A stretch of 64,000 bases of DNA from contig QPMI01000048.1 of assembly GCA_004431415.1 (NCBI GenBank), forward strand, positions 206,679 through 270,678. The letters run 5' to 3'. Below are positions 1 to 10,800 of the stretch, piece by piece. The notes below the pieces were generated by a model that ran no database searches, had not been told where the DNA came from, and saw only the letters and a program-made list of their open reading frames with translations. The first letter of the stretch is position 1. Every line of letters begins with the position of its first letter. The position numbers and the translations under genes were made by a program. The DNA is from Cyanophora paradoxa CCMP329. Its lineage: Eukaryota > Plantae > Glaucophyta.

Positions 1-686
1 TGTGTATGCATATACTAGATTAGCATATGACCATGCTAGCGACGCAGAGCTCACAGCACTGCGGGGAGTGTACCCCTCTATTGCTAAGAGTAAACTCGCT
101 AGGGTTGATTGATAGTAAAGTAGTTTACTTAGGTCAACCCGCGAGTAGACGTAGAGCAGCTGTACCCGAGGCACGACTGCCCGCCCCTCTTCAGTTGTTG
201 TACCCCGAGTGCGCCGTCGCGCCTCGAGCTCTCCCACCCGACCCTACCCTATGTATACGGCGCCTTGGTCCCGCCTCTCCCCTGCTTCGCGTACCCTAGG
301 CCAGACTGCCGTACCCAGGACAGGTGTTGCGAACTAGCCCTAGTTCACGTACCCCTCTGCCTGCTACGGACTCTAGCCCAGTTTCACGCTCAGGATTTTC
401 ATGGTCCTGCCTCTCCCCTGCTTCGCGTACCCTAGGCCAGACTGCCGTACCCAGGACAGGTGTTGCGAACTAGCCCTAGTTCACGTACCCCTCTGCCTGC
501 TACGGACTCTAGCCCAGTTTCACGCTCAGGATTTTCACAGGCCCGAGGCAGTCCCCTTCTTGGCACCCATTTCGAGTTGTGTATGCATATACTAGATTAG
601 CATATGACCATGCTAGCGACGCAGAGCTCACAGCACTGCGGGGAGTGTACCCCTCTATTGCTAAGAGTAAACTCGCTAGGGTTGAC
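1..686. repeat. A-B-B-A repeat block upstream of the first gene
   Basis: 1-~108 recurs at 578-686. A ~125 bp unit at ~277-400 is repeated at ~412-537. A stem-loop lies at ~94-147 (ACTCGC..GGGTTGA..AGTAAA / TTTACT..TCAACCC..GCGAGT). Confidence 0.85.
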
Positions 687-839
687 TGAAGCAGTTCTGG
701 GGGGGTACACGCTGCGACCTTCGCGCGGCAAAGGCCTCGGCGGCATCCGCTGGGCATCCGGCCTGTTCGTTCGCGAGAGCAGCAACAACAGCAGCAAACG
801 CGCCAACCTCCTAGCGAGGCAGCGGTCGGTTCCAGAAGA

Positions 840-2012
840 ATGCGCCGCGTTCACAAAGAGCCCGCTGGCTCGCCGACGGCGGCAGACAGCTGGGGCGACG
901 AAAAGAAGTGGGAGGCGTGGGATGACGATGAGCGCAAGAAGAAGGCGCAGAAGCCGGCGACCACCGTGACTGCTATTGATGTGGAGGCCGAGGCGCTGCT
1001 GCCCAGCGCCGTTGCCAAGCAGAGCAACATCTTCGTGAGGATAATCGCGTGCCTCTGCGCCTGGACCATCTGCCTGCCGCTGAAGCTGTGCGCCATCCGC
1101 CGCCGCGCGCGCCGCGCGCCAAACCGGCGGTTGGCGCCTCGCCGCGCAATTGACGCATTTGCCGTCGAGCGCAGGTGCAAGAGCAAGAAGGGCGCCGTCG
1201 CGCTCGTCCTCATCGTCGCCGGACTCATCGGCGGCTACATTTACACGTCGGTGCCGCTCTGCTCGTGCGGCTGCGCGCCGAGCATGCCGATGGGTGCGCC
1301 AAACCGCACGCGGCCGCCGGGCCGCTCACGCCGCGCCCCGCGCGCGCCTCGCCGCTGACGTCGACGCGCTTCGAAACTCTGCAGGCCCCAACAACAAGCC
1401 GTGGGAGTGGGGCAAGACGGGCGGCGGCAAGGACGTCGTTGTCTGGATGGACGTGGAGAACGAGCTCCCGTCGGAGGCGGACGCGCTCACCGGCGACGTG
1501 CGTACCCCGCCGCGCTCCTTCCGCCGCGCCGCGCCGCGCGCTGACTTCGTTCGCAGACCGGCTCCTCGAGCTCGGGGGTATGGGGATGGCTCTCGTCCGT
1601 CTTCAGCACGAAGCCCGTCAAGAAGGACAAGTCCGAGTCCAAGAAGGCGACCCCGCCCTCGGGGGCTGACCGCATCGTGTTCACCCCCGGCCAGCTCCGC
1701 AAGAAGTGTGGCAAGGACTTCTGGTCGGTGCGCGCACGTGTACCCCCCGGTCGCACCGCACCCCCGCGTCCCTTCCCTCTGTACCCCCCTGAGCCCCGCA
1801 CAGCATTACCCCGAGGGACCCCTCCCCTCGGAGTGCCCCATGTCCTACAACCAGAAGTGCGTGTATCCCCCTGTCTCGTCCCCCGCCCCGCCCCGCCCCC
1901 TCAATCCCCTTCGACCCGCAGTCGCAACGAGGTCAAGCGCATCTGCACAAGGGACTGCGAGGCTCTGTGCCGCATGAAGGGGGGTATGTGGATGGACGGT
2001 CCCGAGGAATGA
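840..2012 (+). CDS. Multi-exon hypothetical membrane protein (hydrophobic N-terminal segments, Cys-containing C-terminus)
   Basis: Six exons splice in frame with GT-AG introns: MRRVHKEP...IIACLCAWTICLPLKL|..KGAVALVLIVAGLIGGYIYTS|GPNNKPWEWG..|..GQLRKKCGKDFWS|HYPEGPLPSECPMSY..|..RICTRDCEALCRMKGGMWMDGPEE*. Confidence 0.7.
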
Positions 2013-2118
2013 GCTACCCCCTCCTCTCTACTATCTGCGAAGCAGAAAGTTCTATCGTATCGCTGCAGTATTCTAGATAAGGTGTTCGAAAGGTTCATAG
2101 TCTTGCCGATTTGTGCTA

Positions 2119-4668
2119 TTAGAGCTCCTGAGAAGCCCAGATGTCTGTGAGACAGACAGAGGTTGCCTTGCAGCTCTCGAGGAGGCCCCTCACGAGCGTC
2201 CGGTCGTCCTCGGGGCTGGTCAGGAGGGCCGCCTGGAGGGATTCCGCCCCGAGGATGCCGTGCCCGCCCTTCTCCCACTGAAGCCGCGAGGGCTGCCTGA
2301 GGACCAAGCCCCGCGCCCTCAGCCACCCGAGGAACTGCGCATGCGCGCGGGGCGTGAGAAGGGCGTGCGCGGGGTGGGATGGTCGGGGGCGGGGTAGGGG
2401 AGGGGTACGGGCCTGTACGGCGGCATCCTCGCCCCCGATGTTCGAGGGGGTAAACTCGAAGACGATGTTCTTGACGCGCCTCGCCTGCGCATCGCGGGCT
2501 CGAATCCACGAGGAAATATCTCGAAATGAGGGCGGAAGGTACCGCGATCAGGGATTCGCGTACCCCGACCTGGAGAGAAAGTAGGTAGCGGGCTCCTGCC
2601 CGCTGGGCGCCTCTCCGGCTGCCGCGAATCGCCTCGGCGGTGCCTTTAGCCCTCCTCTAGCTGGTTAGCCGCGCGTCCGTTAGGAATCCGCTCCGTGGGT
2701 CGGTTCGGCGAGCTACTCCAGCGGACACCAGCGGCGGCTTCAGCAGCTGCTCTCTCGTTCAGCCCAAGCACTTCTCTGCGGCAGCGATCGGCCGCCCGCG
2801 GCTATGGGGCCGGCGACCTGCGCTGCGCCCGCGCAGATGATCGTCGGTCGTGTGAGTGCACGCCCGCGTCGCGGCCGTGGGCGTCGCGGCCGCACAGATG
2901 CTTGGATTCCTGGCGAGGCGACGTGCTTCTGAGCACTCGGGCGGCCCGGGGCCTCCCAACCCCCGCCGCAGCGGACTCCGCGCGCGCGCGCGCCAGCTGG
3001 AGGAGGTATCTCTCGGCCGAGGAGCACAGGTCGCCGGCTGCGGCCGGCGATGCTGTGCGCCCGCCGGTTTTCACCCGGGCTCTCACGGGCTCCGGTTTCC
3101 GGCCCTCCCTGGGGTTAGTCGGCCTTGCTCTCTTAGTGCGCTTCTTCCCTGCCAAATTGAGGGCTATAGTTCAGGCTCAGCCGCTTCGACCTCATCCTCG
3201 CTTATACATCGGTCCTCTCTGTAGGCGCCCTTGTCCTGAGGGGGGTTATAGTAGCTCTGCTCTGCTTCGGCTCTCTAGGCAGGTGTAGGCAGTGCTTCTA
3301 GGCAGGTATAGGCCCCTTTCTCCAGTACAATAGCTCCACCCGGTCCGATGTCCGAAAGGCTTGTTCCCGTAGGCTCATCTCTCGACTTGACACAGATGGA
3401 CACTGCAGTCATATCCCTAGCCATTTGTCTTGGTGTGTGCGAATTCATTTGTACCGCGATCAGGCCCTCCGCCCCGCGGAGCGCCGCCGGCTCGTGGCCC
3501 TCCACATCGACCTGCGGGGGTACGTCGATTTCGAGGGGTACACCGCCGCCCCGGCCGCCCTCCGCCGACCTTCATGACCAGGATCTCGGCGCCCGGGGGT
3601 ACGGCGTCGTCGAGGCGGACGGTCTCGACGCTGTAGGGGAGGAGCTGGGGCCCGCGGGCCTCGGCCGCGCCCGCGCCGCCGCCGGACTCGTCCGACGTGG
3701 TGAATGCCCCGCCGACGTTGTGCTCGGGCACCCGCACCGAGAACCGGCGGCCTGCGCGCGCGGGCGCCGGCGCGGGCGGTCAGCATATGCATCCCAGAGG
3801 CGGCGCGGCGGGCGGGAAAGGAAAGCGGCGGGGCCGACCCGTGACGTCCGAGGCGGCGTTCTCGTGGATCTTTAGCAGATCGAATCCGTTGATTGCGGCG
3901 GAGGCTGCCAGGTGGGCGGCGACGCTCCGCTGGACTTCGAAGGCGTGCGCGGGGCAGCGCAGCGCTGAAGCGAGCAGCGAGTAGAACCCGAGCTGCGGGG
4001 CGGCGGTCGGCATCGCGCGGCGGCGCTCGGCGGCGGTCGCCACGTGCACGGGCGGGCGCCGGTCGCACGTTCGAGCCTACGTCGACGAAGACGCGGCTTC
4101 CCGGGCGGCTCGTCGCGCAGCGATCGCGAAGAAGCGCGCTCACAAGGGCGGTGATGTGCCTGCGGCTTCAAATTCAAACCGTGCAGACATCTGCCTCGCC
4201 CAGCGAGGCAGGAGATCGCACGGCTCCCAGAAGCCGTGGTTGAATATGGTGTTGGAGACGTGGTGGTCCTGACCCGGGTCCCCGACCGCCATCCAGAACC
4301 CCAGGCCGCGACCTCCGAACGCATTCTGCGCCTCCACGCTGACGCGACGGATGTATACACGCTGTGCCAAGTTATTGAATGTCAAGACGTATACTAAGAT
4401 GACGGGAGGGACGCACGTCGTCGGTTAGCTGATCCAGGACGCCGGTGAAGCCGCGCACGGCCGCGGGGTCGACATTGGTTTCTTGCTGTTCAGCTGCACG
4501 CGCGGGATCGAGAGAGCCAGCAAAGAGGACTTCGTCATCGCTTCGAATTCGCGCGTCAGAATGCAAGTCCGGGCTCGCCCAGATCCGCGCCAACGCGACG
4601 AGAGCGACGAGGACTAAGATTGCGCCCGCGAGCACGGCCGGTCGAGACTTCTGCGGCGCGAGCCTCAT
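2119..4668 (-). CDS. FkbM-family (Methyltransf_21) SAM-dependent methyltransferase with N-terminal signal anchor
   Basis: Spliced motifs GFWEP, VFVDVGSN|LGFYSL..AFEV, ETVRLDD..LVMK|VDVEGHEPAALRG and KNIVFEF match FkbM-type methyltransferases. The N-terminus is hydrophobic (AVLAGAILVLVALVALARIW). Confidence 0.85.
2553..3450. mobile_element. ~0.9 kb insertion at an exon/intron boundary of the FkbM gene
   Basis: Flanked by an exact 14-bp direct repeat GTACCGCGATCAGG (2539-2552 and 3451-3464). Removing the insertion leaves a typical ~58-nt intron. Confidence 0.7.
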
Positions 4669-4880
4669 CTTAGACCGTCGGGCGATCACTGCGATGCTCG
4701 CGAGGCTTTGGGGGCGACAGGTCTCCGTCGCCAGTACCCCCCCCGACGGTCCCGCCACTGTTCCGCCAGCGCCTCGGCGGCCTCGCGAGCGCAAGGAACT
4801 GAGCGTAGCAGACTTGTAGAATACCCGGAAGCTGCGTGTGGATCCCCGGCGGTCAGGCAGCGCCCACTTTGAACGCCGCC
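4669..4880. promoter_or_regulatory. Probable bidirectional promoter between FkbM and SCC3
   Basis: Only 212 bp separate the divergent ATGs at 4668 (-) and 4881 (+). Confidence 0.55.
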
Positions 4881-7800
4881 ATGGTCCAGCTGCGAGCTCG
4901 CGCATCCGGCTCTGACGCCGATGCCAAGAAGAAGAGAAGGAAGGATGAAGTGATAGCGTGAGCCCCGCGTCCTGAGCCCCAGACCCCTCGGCGAACGTGC
5001 ATCCTGAGGCCTGACGCGCTGCACCGCGACCCCGCCGCGCAGGGACCTCGTCGGCGAGGAATCAGAGCAGGAGGATGCGGAGGAGAGCGATGCCGAGGAG
5101 GACTACACCCCGAAGGCCGCCGGCAAGAAGGTGCGGCGCCCTGTTCAAAGTTGTTTCGACAGCGAGCGGTCTGCGAGCGCTCGCCGTCGAGTGCGTGGCC
5201 ACTCATTGACGATGTAATGCGCTTACGCGACCATGCACGCCTGCAGAAGGCCGGGAGGGCGGAGGGCACGCCTGCGTCCGGCTCTGCGAAGCAGAAGGCC
5301 GGAAAGCGGACCTCGAAGAGCCCGGGAGCGGAGGATGGAGACGAGGAGTCGCCGGCAAAAGTCCCCGACGCGGACGCGCCCGCCAAGAAGAAAGGAAAGA
5401 CGGCGGGCGAGGGGAAGAAGAAGGCTGGCGCGGCAGGCAAACAGGGATCGCGCCACGCGGTTGAGAACCTCTCTCTGCACGGTGTGAATGCGTAGGTTTG
5501 AAAGTTCCCGCGCCCGCTCACGCTTCGCGCCGACGTACGCAGAGATCATTTTGAACCACTCGGATAGCATCGGCATGGCCGCGGAGGAGTGGCGCAAGCG
5601 CTTCAGCGAGGACAACGTCGCGCAGTCCGTCGCGGACCTCGTCGTGCTCATCGCTCAGGTCCTCGCCGGCGCGGCGGTCCGCGAACGAGAACGGACTTGA
5701 TCCGTTCCCGCGCAGGCCTCCGGCTGCCCGGGCGACGTCAGCGCCGAGGCCGTCTCGAACAACCGCATCGACGAAACGATCCAGGAGCTCGCTGAGTCTT
5801 TCCCGGAGGCGCGGGCCCCCCCGCCGCGCTTCCCGCCCGGCCGCCGCCTCACCCGCCCGCCTTCCTGCAGGACGCGGACCTGGGCTTCTTCTCGATGAAC
5901 ACCAAGGAAGGGAAGCAGTACGTGCGCAACTACCTGGACTTCTGGGACAAGGTGGTCGCTCAGGTGAGAAGGGAGCGGAAGCGCGGGCGCGCCGCGGGCG
6001 GGCGCGCAGCTCAGTCCCTTTTCCCGCAGGCGTACAACTTCGACCTCTTTGAGAAGGGGGGATTCATGGAACTCCTTCTTCGCTGGGTCACGCAGCTGGC
6101 CTGGTGCGGGCCCGCTTCCTTTCTCCTCCTTTCCTGCTCCGCCCTTCTCGGACCGACCCGCCCGCAGCTCGGCCGTAAACCCGTTCCGGCACACGGCGAC
6201 CGCCGTCGGCTGCCGCGTCGCCGACGGCATCATCGCCGCCGCCGAAGAGACCAAGGACCGCGCCGACGAGGCCGAGCGTCGGCTGAAGGCGGAGGAGAAA
6301 AAGGGTACCCGGCGCTGCTCTTTCTAGTTTTCGTCTTCCCTTCTCTGAGCGCCGCGCAGCCAAGAAGAACAAGGAAGCGATCAAATCGTCGAAGGACCTT
6401 CTGGACTCGAGCCGGGAGGCCCTGAAGGCTTTGGAGGACCACCTGAACAATATCTTTACGGGGTACCCCTCCTTTTCTCCTCTTTTGCGGTACCCCGGTC
6501 CGACTGACCCGGATACAGGATCTTCGTGCACCGGTACCGCGACCAGATCCCGGCCGTCCGCGCCCTCGCAATCCGCGCCCTCGGTGGGTGGATCATCCAC
6601 TACCCCGACTACTTCGCCCAGGCACGCGTACCCCCCTCCCGCTTTCACTCATATCTTTCGAACCGACCGGGGTACGCAGGACAAGTACGTCAAGTACCTC
6701 GGCTGGACCATGTCCGACAAGGCGCGTCGAACCCCCGCCCCCCGCCCCGCCCCCCCCCCAAGCCTCTCACGTACCCCCCCGCAGTCGCCCGAGGTCCGCA
6801 AGGCGACTCTGGCAGCACTCACGGAGCTGTACAAGGTGAGATCGGGGCGTGCTGAGAGCGGGCTCTCCACCCGCCGGGCCGTGGAAAGCCGGGAGCGGCT
6901 AAGGGCGTCTTGGATGCGACCTGGAGCGCGGGCCGGGGTCGCCGCCCCGCCTGACAAGCCTTTTCCAGGTCGAGTCAGTGTCCGCGCGCTTCGCAGTCTT
7001 CACCGCGCGCTTTGCGCCCCGCATGGTCGAGACCGGTCCGCCCTCCCGCCCGCCCGCACGCCCGCCCGCACCGGCCTGCCTCCGGACGCTCTGACGCGCC
7101 CGGGCGGGGTACGTACAGTGCGGGACACGGACCGCGCGGTGGCCGCCGACGCGATCCGCCTATGCCAGGAGGTCCTCCGGTCCGCCAAACCCCCCCCCTC
7201 CCCTCCCCCCCTCCCCCCCCTCCCCTCCGCTACCGATCTCGCCTTTGCACATAGAAGACAGCTCCTAGCCTAGATGCCGTTCCCTCTATCTGCTCCCCTC
7301 CCCTCCCCTCGCGGGCTTCCCTAGACTAGAGACAGGGGCTCTAGACAGGTCCAGAGACCCACCTGTCGTTGGTTATCTCGCGCCCACTCCCCTCCCCTCG
7401 CGGACTTCTATAGACGCGGTTCTAGAAACGGGCTCCTGCCCTTCCCGTGGGCCCCCCTTGCCGCCCTCTGACGCCGGCGCCCGGGCGGCAGGACGGGGAA
7501 GCTCTCGCCTGAAGACATTCTCGAGATCTACGCATTCGCCCTCGACGACGACAAGTGCGCCAGAGCCCACCAGACCATCCCTCATCCCTCTCGAATCTCT
7601 TCCTACCTCTCAGCTTCTTTCTAAAGCTCCAAGCTGAGAGTTCTTCCTATCCTATCTAACTCCTCCAAGTTCTTCGCATCCAACCCCGAATCCCTCGCCG
7701 CCTGACGCTGCGTTCCCCCACCCCGCCGCGGCAGGGCCCCGCGGGACGCGGCGGCCGAGTTCCTCGCCACGCACGTGACCAAGTACCACGTACCCTCCCT

Positions 7801-10800
7801 CAAGGCCGGCGGTCCGTACCCACCCTCCTCGTGCAAACTCGTCCACAAATCTAGTACTCGCCTAGTCTTTCTTCTAGTTCATAAATGTTGGCGTCCTGGG
7901 CGTTAAAACGGCGCCCCGCCCGCCCTCCCGCCCAGCCAGAGCTTGTGCGCCGGCCTCACGTACCCCCCTCCCCCCCTCCTCCTCCCCCGGCGCAGGCGGC
8001 AAGCAGAAGAGTTCGGACGAGGCCCTCCAGGTGAGGACCCAGTCGAAATCATAAACGGATTACAGTCCGAGTTAGGGACGAATCTTGATTCGATCCGATC
8101 AGATCCGGCGGCTGCTGGAGTTCCTGCGGACGGCGCGGATCACGCAGGCGGCGGTCGCGCGCTTCGTGCAGGCCCTCTGGCGCCACCTCCCCGTCGCCCG
8201 CGTGCGTCCCGACAACCTATCTGATTCGATCTGATCTGATCTGATCTGATCTCGCAGGACATGGGCGCGATGACGGACCTGCTGCTGGCCGAGGCGGTGG
8301 GGAGCGTCAAGGGCGCGAACGGCGCCGGCGGGGAGGAGGGCGAGGGCGAGGGGGAGGGGGGCGAGGAGGAGGAGGAGGAGGAGGCGACTCAGGACGAGAA
8401 CCGCAGGAAGGCGCGCTCAGAGTTCGAGGGCGCTCGCGCCCCGCGCCGCCCAAAACTAGGCGGGACCGGACGGGACCCCTAGCGGAGCGCCCCGCGCCGC
8501 CTGGCGCCGGACCCGCTCCCGAACCTGAGCTAGGCTGGGCCGGCCAGACGAGTCCGGCCCCTCGGCTCGGCTCGAAGCTTACGGAACGCGGGGGGCGCAG
8601 AGCGGGGGCGGGGGCGGGCGCCTGGCGGACGACGAGGAACTCCACGCCATGCTCGTGCGCCCCGCCCCGGCCCGCCCCGTCCTACCGTCCCGGCTGCCTC
8701 TAGACGGAAGCCTGCGGCCTGTAGACAGGGCAGCGGCCACCAATCGGAACTTGTCCGACCCCATCTCGACCCTATCTAGCCTTATCCGACCTTGCCAGCC
8801 TCCGCTGCCTAAGTCTAGAAGTCCTCGCCCTTCGGAACCCGCGCCCGAGGGCCACGGTCTGTAGAGAGGTCCTCGGCCGCGAGCTTTAGGGCCAGCCTAT
8901 GACTCGCCGAGCGAGCTCAAGCGCTTGTCCCGCGCAGGCCCGCCCCGCCCTTCCCCCCTCGTCCGCCAACCGACGACGCCCCCCGCAGGTGCGGCTGATG
9001 GCGGCGTGCGCGGCGGTGGCGAGCGAGGAGGCCGCCCGCCAGACCGCCTCCAAGGCCGACAAGGTCCGCCCGCCCGCCCGGGCGCACCCGTCTAGGCGGG
9101 GCGTTGCTGTTTAGAGGTCCCTGGAGGGAGAGGGAGCAAGCAAAGCAGCAAAGCTGCCGGGCGTGTAGCACAGTCTCTGACTGGCGCCGTGGCGCGCAGG
9201 CGGCGGCGGTGAAGGCGCTGGAGGGGATGACCGGCCGCCTCATGACCGCCCTCCCCAAGGTGCCGTCCCCCCGCGCGTCGCCTCTCCCTGGGCCGCATCG
9301 GCTCTGCAGTCGGGTGGCCATGCAGCCCTGAGCTCCCTCGCCCTCTAAGCCGGCCCTCTCTCAGGCTACGCCGCCTCGCTCCTCTAGAATCGCGCTTGTA
9401 AACGCGGGGGCTCGCGTCCCTGCGGGCCCTGTCCCTGTCACGCCCTTAGGCAGTTGCCTCGCCCCACTTCAGCCTTAGTCACTTTTCCTGCGGGTCGGGT
9501 CCCTGAGCTCCCTCGCCCGCAGCTGCTACGCAAGTTCGGGGCGGACGACCGCAAGCTGACGGACCTCCTCGCGCTGCCCCGGGTACGCCCCCGCGGGCTC
9601 AGATCTCAGATGAGAGACAGCGCTCAGATGTCGCCCGTCTCCCTCCCTAGCGTTTTGCGTTAGCTTTTGCAGCTTTAGCGTTTAGCCTCCACTCCATTCT
9701 TAGCGTTAGCTTATTAGCTGCCCCGGGTCCGCTCCGCCCTCGCGAGCTGAAGGCTTCGCTCTCGGCCCTTCTCCTCCTCCTCCGCCTGACTCTTCTCGCC
9801 CCCGGGCGCAGCACTTCGACCTGCAGCAGTACGTCGTGCAGCGCAAGGAGAAGGCCTTCAACGATACCGTCCAGGCGCGCTGTTTGAGAGAGACCGCGTA
9901 TCTGAACATCTGTTCTAACATTTAGCTTCGCCAAACTGTTTGGAGCCGCGGATATCATTGTTATCATCTGCCGCCGCTGCTCTAACTGTTCTTTCTGACC
10001 GTTGTTTGTTGTTTTACAGGCCCTCGCCGGGATCGTCCGGAAGGGCGTGAGGGAGTCGACGCTGGTCGCCTCGGCGGCGGCCCTGCGGCGCTTCGCGACG
10101 GGCGGGCACAAGCTGCAGCCGGCGGCCGCCTCGGCCGTCCTCGGCCTCGCCGGCGACCTCCTCAAGGGCCTCACCAAGGCCTGGAAGGACCTCAAGGTAC
10201 GAAAGAATCGAACCCAGTACTCAAAACGCTAGTTAGTTAGAGGCTAAGCACGGGCTCTTTGCAGGCGGGCAAGAAGGCGGCGGAGGGCGCGGCGGCGGCG
10301 CTGCGGGCCGCCCTCCTCCGCCTCTACGCCCTCCAGGTACCATCCGCCCACTCCCCTCCTCTTTCTCCTCCGCCTCACGCGCCCCGCGGCGCAGGGCCAG
10401 CTGCCGCTGGAGGGGGCCCCCGAGCTCGCCAAGGCCCTCCTCGACATTCTCTCCTCCCGCCAGGCCCGCCCCTCTTCTTCCCGTTGACACGAGCGATCCA
10501 TGAGCTCGACTGCGCGGCCATAGCTCGTAGCTCATGATAGATGATAGATGCCTCCCGTCACTCCCTCGCCTCCTCTCACCCACCTCCCATTCCACCTTTC
10601 GCGCGTCTCCCTTAAGAGCTCGATCGCGCGGCCCCCCCACCACTCCCCCTCCCGCCTTTCCTCGCCCCCTCTCACCCGCCTTCCCCCGCAGGCGGCGACG
10701 GGGGAGGTGCCCGACGAGGCCATCCAGCGCGCCCTCGAGGCCGCCTGCGCCCACCTCGTCCAGGTCAGTCTGAAATCTAAAATCCACTCTAGAAAGGATC

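Noticed and set aside
2802-3155. Nested basic protein gene (MAGKKRTKR..) in the FkbM intron
   Set aside because: It has a non-ATG start, no recognisable motif, and lies inside an inserted element.
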